Origin: Candidatus Udaeobacter sp.
GTDB lineage: Bacteria; Verrucomicrobiota; Verrucomicrobiia; Chthoniobacterales; UBA10450
Assembly (NCBI GenBank): GCA_036494375.1
Contig: DASXOI010000301.1
Location: 1-36,445, forward strand
DNA length: 36,445 nt
Reading direction: 5' to 3'
The notes under the pieces are model-generated. The model ran no database searches and had not been told where the DNA came from. It saw only the letters and a program-made list of their open reading frames with translations. Below are positions 34,561 through 36,445 of the stretch, piece after piece (the first letter of the stretch is position 1; every line of letters begins with the position of its first letter). A program made the translations under genes and the position numbers.

Positions 34561-34588
34561 GTCATTCCGAGCGAAGTCGAGGAATCTC
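34561..34588. repeat. Family A repeat, solo left arm (copy 5)
   Basis: GTCATTCCGAGCGAAGTCGAGGAATCTC is near-identical to the reverse complement of the right arm of copy 4. I found no partner arm downstream. It ends 6 nt before the polB ATG. Confidence 0.7.
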
Positions 34589-34594
34589 TGATTA

Positions 34595-36445
34595 ATGGAA
34601 TTTGAGAAAAACACGCTGCTCTTCGGCGGGGACTCAACCCCACGGATTGTGGCCGTTGAATTGGGCGAAAGCGGTACTGTGCGTGTGCATCGGCGGGAGG
34701 CCGATGGTTCAACCGTTACCGACGTCGAGCCGTTTCACCCGTTTGTGTGGGGCGACTCAGACGTTGTCGATCTCGGCATCGAGACGGAGAAGCTCCGCGG
34801 AAATCTGAAGTACGGCTGGCTCATCACAGTCGACAGCTGGAAGGAATTGATTGCGCTTCGCAACGGACTCAAAAACGCCGGCCGCGATTTCTTCGCATTT
34901 ACGGATCCGATTCAGCATTATCTCACCGCAACTGGCCGCACATTGTTCAAGGATTTGCGTTTCGAGGAGCTGAAACGAATCCAACTCGAAGTGCTCGCTG
35001 TAGTCCCGACGAGTCGGGAAGACCCCGGCAATAACGATCACATCATGAGCATCGCTCTCTCGGACAACACCGGCTGGGAAGAATTGATCGTTGTCGATCC
35101 GAACAACGTAGAAGAGTCCGAGCGAAACGCGCTCAGGCGACTCACCGCACTCATCAAAGAACGCGATCCGGATGTAATCGAAGGCCACGATCTATTCCGC
35201 ATGTATCTGCCGCTACTTGTCGCCCGCGCGAAGAAGCTGAAGACCAAACTCGATTGGGGTCGCAGTGGCGGCTTTCTTCGGTCGCGCCCATCACGGCTGC
35301 AAATCGCGGAGAAGACCATCGATTATCCGAAATTCACGATCGATGGCCGCCATTTCGCCGATACATTTTTGCTGGCGCAATTTTACGACGTCGGCATGCG
35401 CTCTCTAGCAGGATTCGAACGGACGGATGTCGCCCGGCATTTCGATCTCTGCGACAGCGGACAGATTTCTGGGCTTACCGGGAAGGAATTGGAACGTGCG
35501 TACCTGAACGAACCGGAATTGTTCCAGCGACGAGCGGTATGCGGTGTTCGTGAAACGCGCGCTTTGTCGGATCTGCTGAGCCCGAGCTACTTCATTCAGG
35601 CGCAAATTTTTCCTTATAACTATCAAGACGTGATCGTGCGCGGCAACGCCACGCGCATCAACGCGCTTTTCCTGCGCGAATATTTTCGACAACGCCATTC
35701 CATTCCCGAACTGCCGATGCCGCGGGCATTTGAAGGCGGTTACACCGACATCTTTTTCACCGGTGTGGCGCGCAACGTCTGGCATTGCGACGTCGCTTCA
35801 CTGTATCCCTCTATCATGTTGCAATTCGACTGCTTCCCGGCGACGGATGAGCTGCAAATTTTTCGACATCTACTCACGGATCTCCGCAACTTCCGCCTCG
35901 AAGCCAAAGCAAGAATGCGCGCGGAACGAGACCCGGCGAGACAACATCATCTTCAGGCGCTGCAAAATACCTTCAAAATTCTGCTCAACAGTTTTTACGG
36001 TTACCTTGGATTCGCGCAGGGACATTTCGCAGATTTCGACGCCGCTGCGCGTGTCACACAGATCGGACGCGATCTACTGAAGAAGATGATCGACTGGCTT
36101 AACGCGCGGGGAGCGCAGGTGATCGAGGTCGATACCGATGGAATTTATTTCGTGCCGCCCGAGAAGACCGACATTGATAACTTGCAGAAGGATTTAGCGA
36201 AAGAATTACCGGCCGGCATCGACGTGGAAATCGACGAAGAGTTCAACGCGATGCTGAGTTACAAAGCGAAAAACTACGCGCTTCTCACAAAAGACGGCGA
36301 CGTCATTATTAAAGGCGGCGCGCTGAAGTCCCGTGGCCTCGAAAAATTCCAGCGCGTTTTTCTAGAGGAAATGATCAAGATGATCATGCAGGGCAAACCG
36401 GAAGCGATTGCCGATCTTCAGAACGACTTCGGACAAAAAATCCGT
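34595..36445 (+). CDS. polB: Family-B DNA polymerase, N-terminal 617 codons; the 3' end runs off the right edge
   Basis: Not in the ORF track because it is open at the window edge. Hand translation starts at ATG 34595, with an in-frame TGA at 34589-34591 just upstream. Motif A: CDVASLYPSIM (35789-). Motif B: KILLNSFYGYLG (35975-). Motif C: IEVDTDGIYF (36131-). KxY-like: SYKAKNYALL. No stop before base 36445. Confidence 0.88.
   Translation, partial: MEFEKNTLLFGGDSTPRIVAVELGESGTVRVHRREADGSTVTDVEPFHPFVWGDSDVVDLGIETEKLRGNLKYGWLITVDSWKELIALRNGLKNAGRDFFAFTDPIQHYLTATGRTLFKDLRFEELKRIQLEVLAVVPTSREDPGNNDHIMSIALSDNTGWEELIVVDPNNVEESERNALRRLTALIKERDPDVIEGHDLFRMYLPLLVARAKKLKTKLDWGRSGGFLRSRPSRLQIAEKTIDYPKFTIDGRHFADTFLLAQFYDVGMRSLAGFERTDVARHFDLCDSGQISGLTGKELERAYLNEPELFQRRAVCGVRETRALSDLLSPSYFIQAQIFPYNYQDVIVRGNATRINALFLREYFRQRHSIPELPMPRAFEGGYTDIFFTGVARNVWHCDVASLYPSIMLQFDCFPATDELQIFRHLLTDLRNFRLEAKARMRAERDPARQHHLQALQNTFKILLNSFYGYLGFAQGHFADFDAAARVTQIGRDLLKKMIDWLNARGAQVIEVDTDGIYFVPPEKTDIDNLQKDLAKELPAGIDVEIDEEFNAMLSYKAKNYALLTKDGDVIIKGGALKSRGLEKFQRVFLEEMIKMIMQGKPEAIADLQNDFGQKIR

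Noticed and set aside
4787-34588. Whether the recurring GTCAT... repeats form a CRISPR array.
   Set aside because: The copies are tens of kb apart, each is an internal palindrome of variable length, the spacing is irregular, and no cas genes are present.
35411-35420. GGATTCGAAC, the reverse complement of a tRNA T-loop consensus, suggesting a minus-strand tRNA. There is a similar GGTTCGAATC near 27366.
   Set aside because: The flanking bases do not form a T-stem or any cloverleaf arms, and both sites lie inside well-supported coding frames (polB and murB).

Overview
This 36.4-kb chromosomal window is mostly housekeeping. It probably comes from a soil Verrucomicrobiota/PVC-type bacterium; I infer that from a fused murC-murB, a divergent FtsZ and the repeat families, and cannot verify it here.

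Gene content, left to right:
- Minus strand: ileS (first 637 codons, open at the window edge, so absent from the ORF track) and sucA.
- Plus strand: a small nucleotidyltransferase-fold orphan, an HtrA/DegP protease, and a GldA/GldF/GldG-type ABC-2 exporter with a DUF4340 protein.
- Minus strand: a small secreted YD-repeat protein, convergent with the DUF4340 gene.
- Centre and right: a complete co-directional dcw cluster, mraZ-rsmH-ftsL-ftsI-murE-murF-mraY-murD-[LysM membrane protein]-ftsW-murG-murC::murB-ddl-ftsQ-ftsA-ftsZ. Most junctions are short overlaps, and five are ATGA.
- Right edge: a secreted M20 amidohydrolase (minus strand) and the first 617 codons of a family-B DNA polymerase (open at the edge, also absent from the ORF track).

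I found no rRNA, tRNA, CRISPR array, transposase, integrase or recognisable defence island, and I cannot point to a clear new multi-gene system.

The unusual signals are:
1. A four-helix-bundle (23S-rRNA-IVS/Avd family) gene on an inverted-repeat cassette, wedged exactly into the stop/start junction of the ABC operon.
2. At least four families of REP/MITE-like palindromic repeats. They fill the three largest non-overlapping junctions of the dcw operon and abut or overlap several start codons.
3. A bitopic LysM protein translationally coupled into the dcw operon between murD and ftsW.
4. A phased 4 x GTGG MraZ-box array that the longest-ORF call would wrongly absorb into mraZ.
5. A PolB whose three exonuclease motifs look degenerate by eye while the polymerase motifs are intact.

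All family calls come from motif reading by eye. No database search was run.
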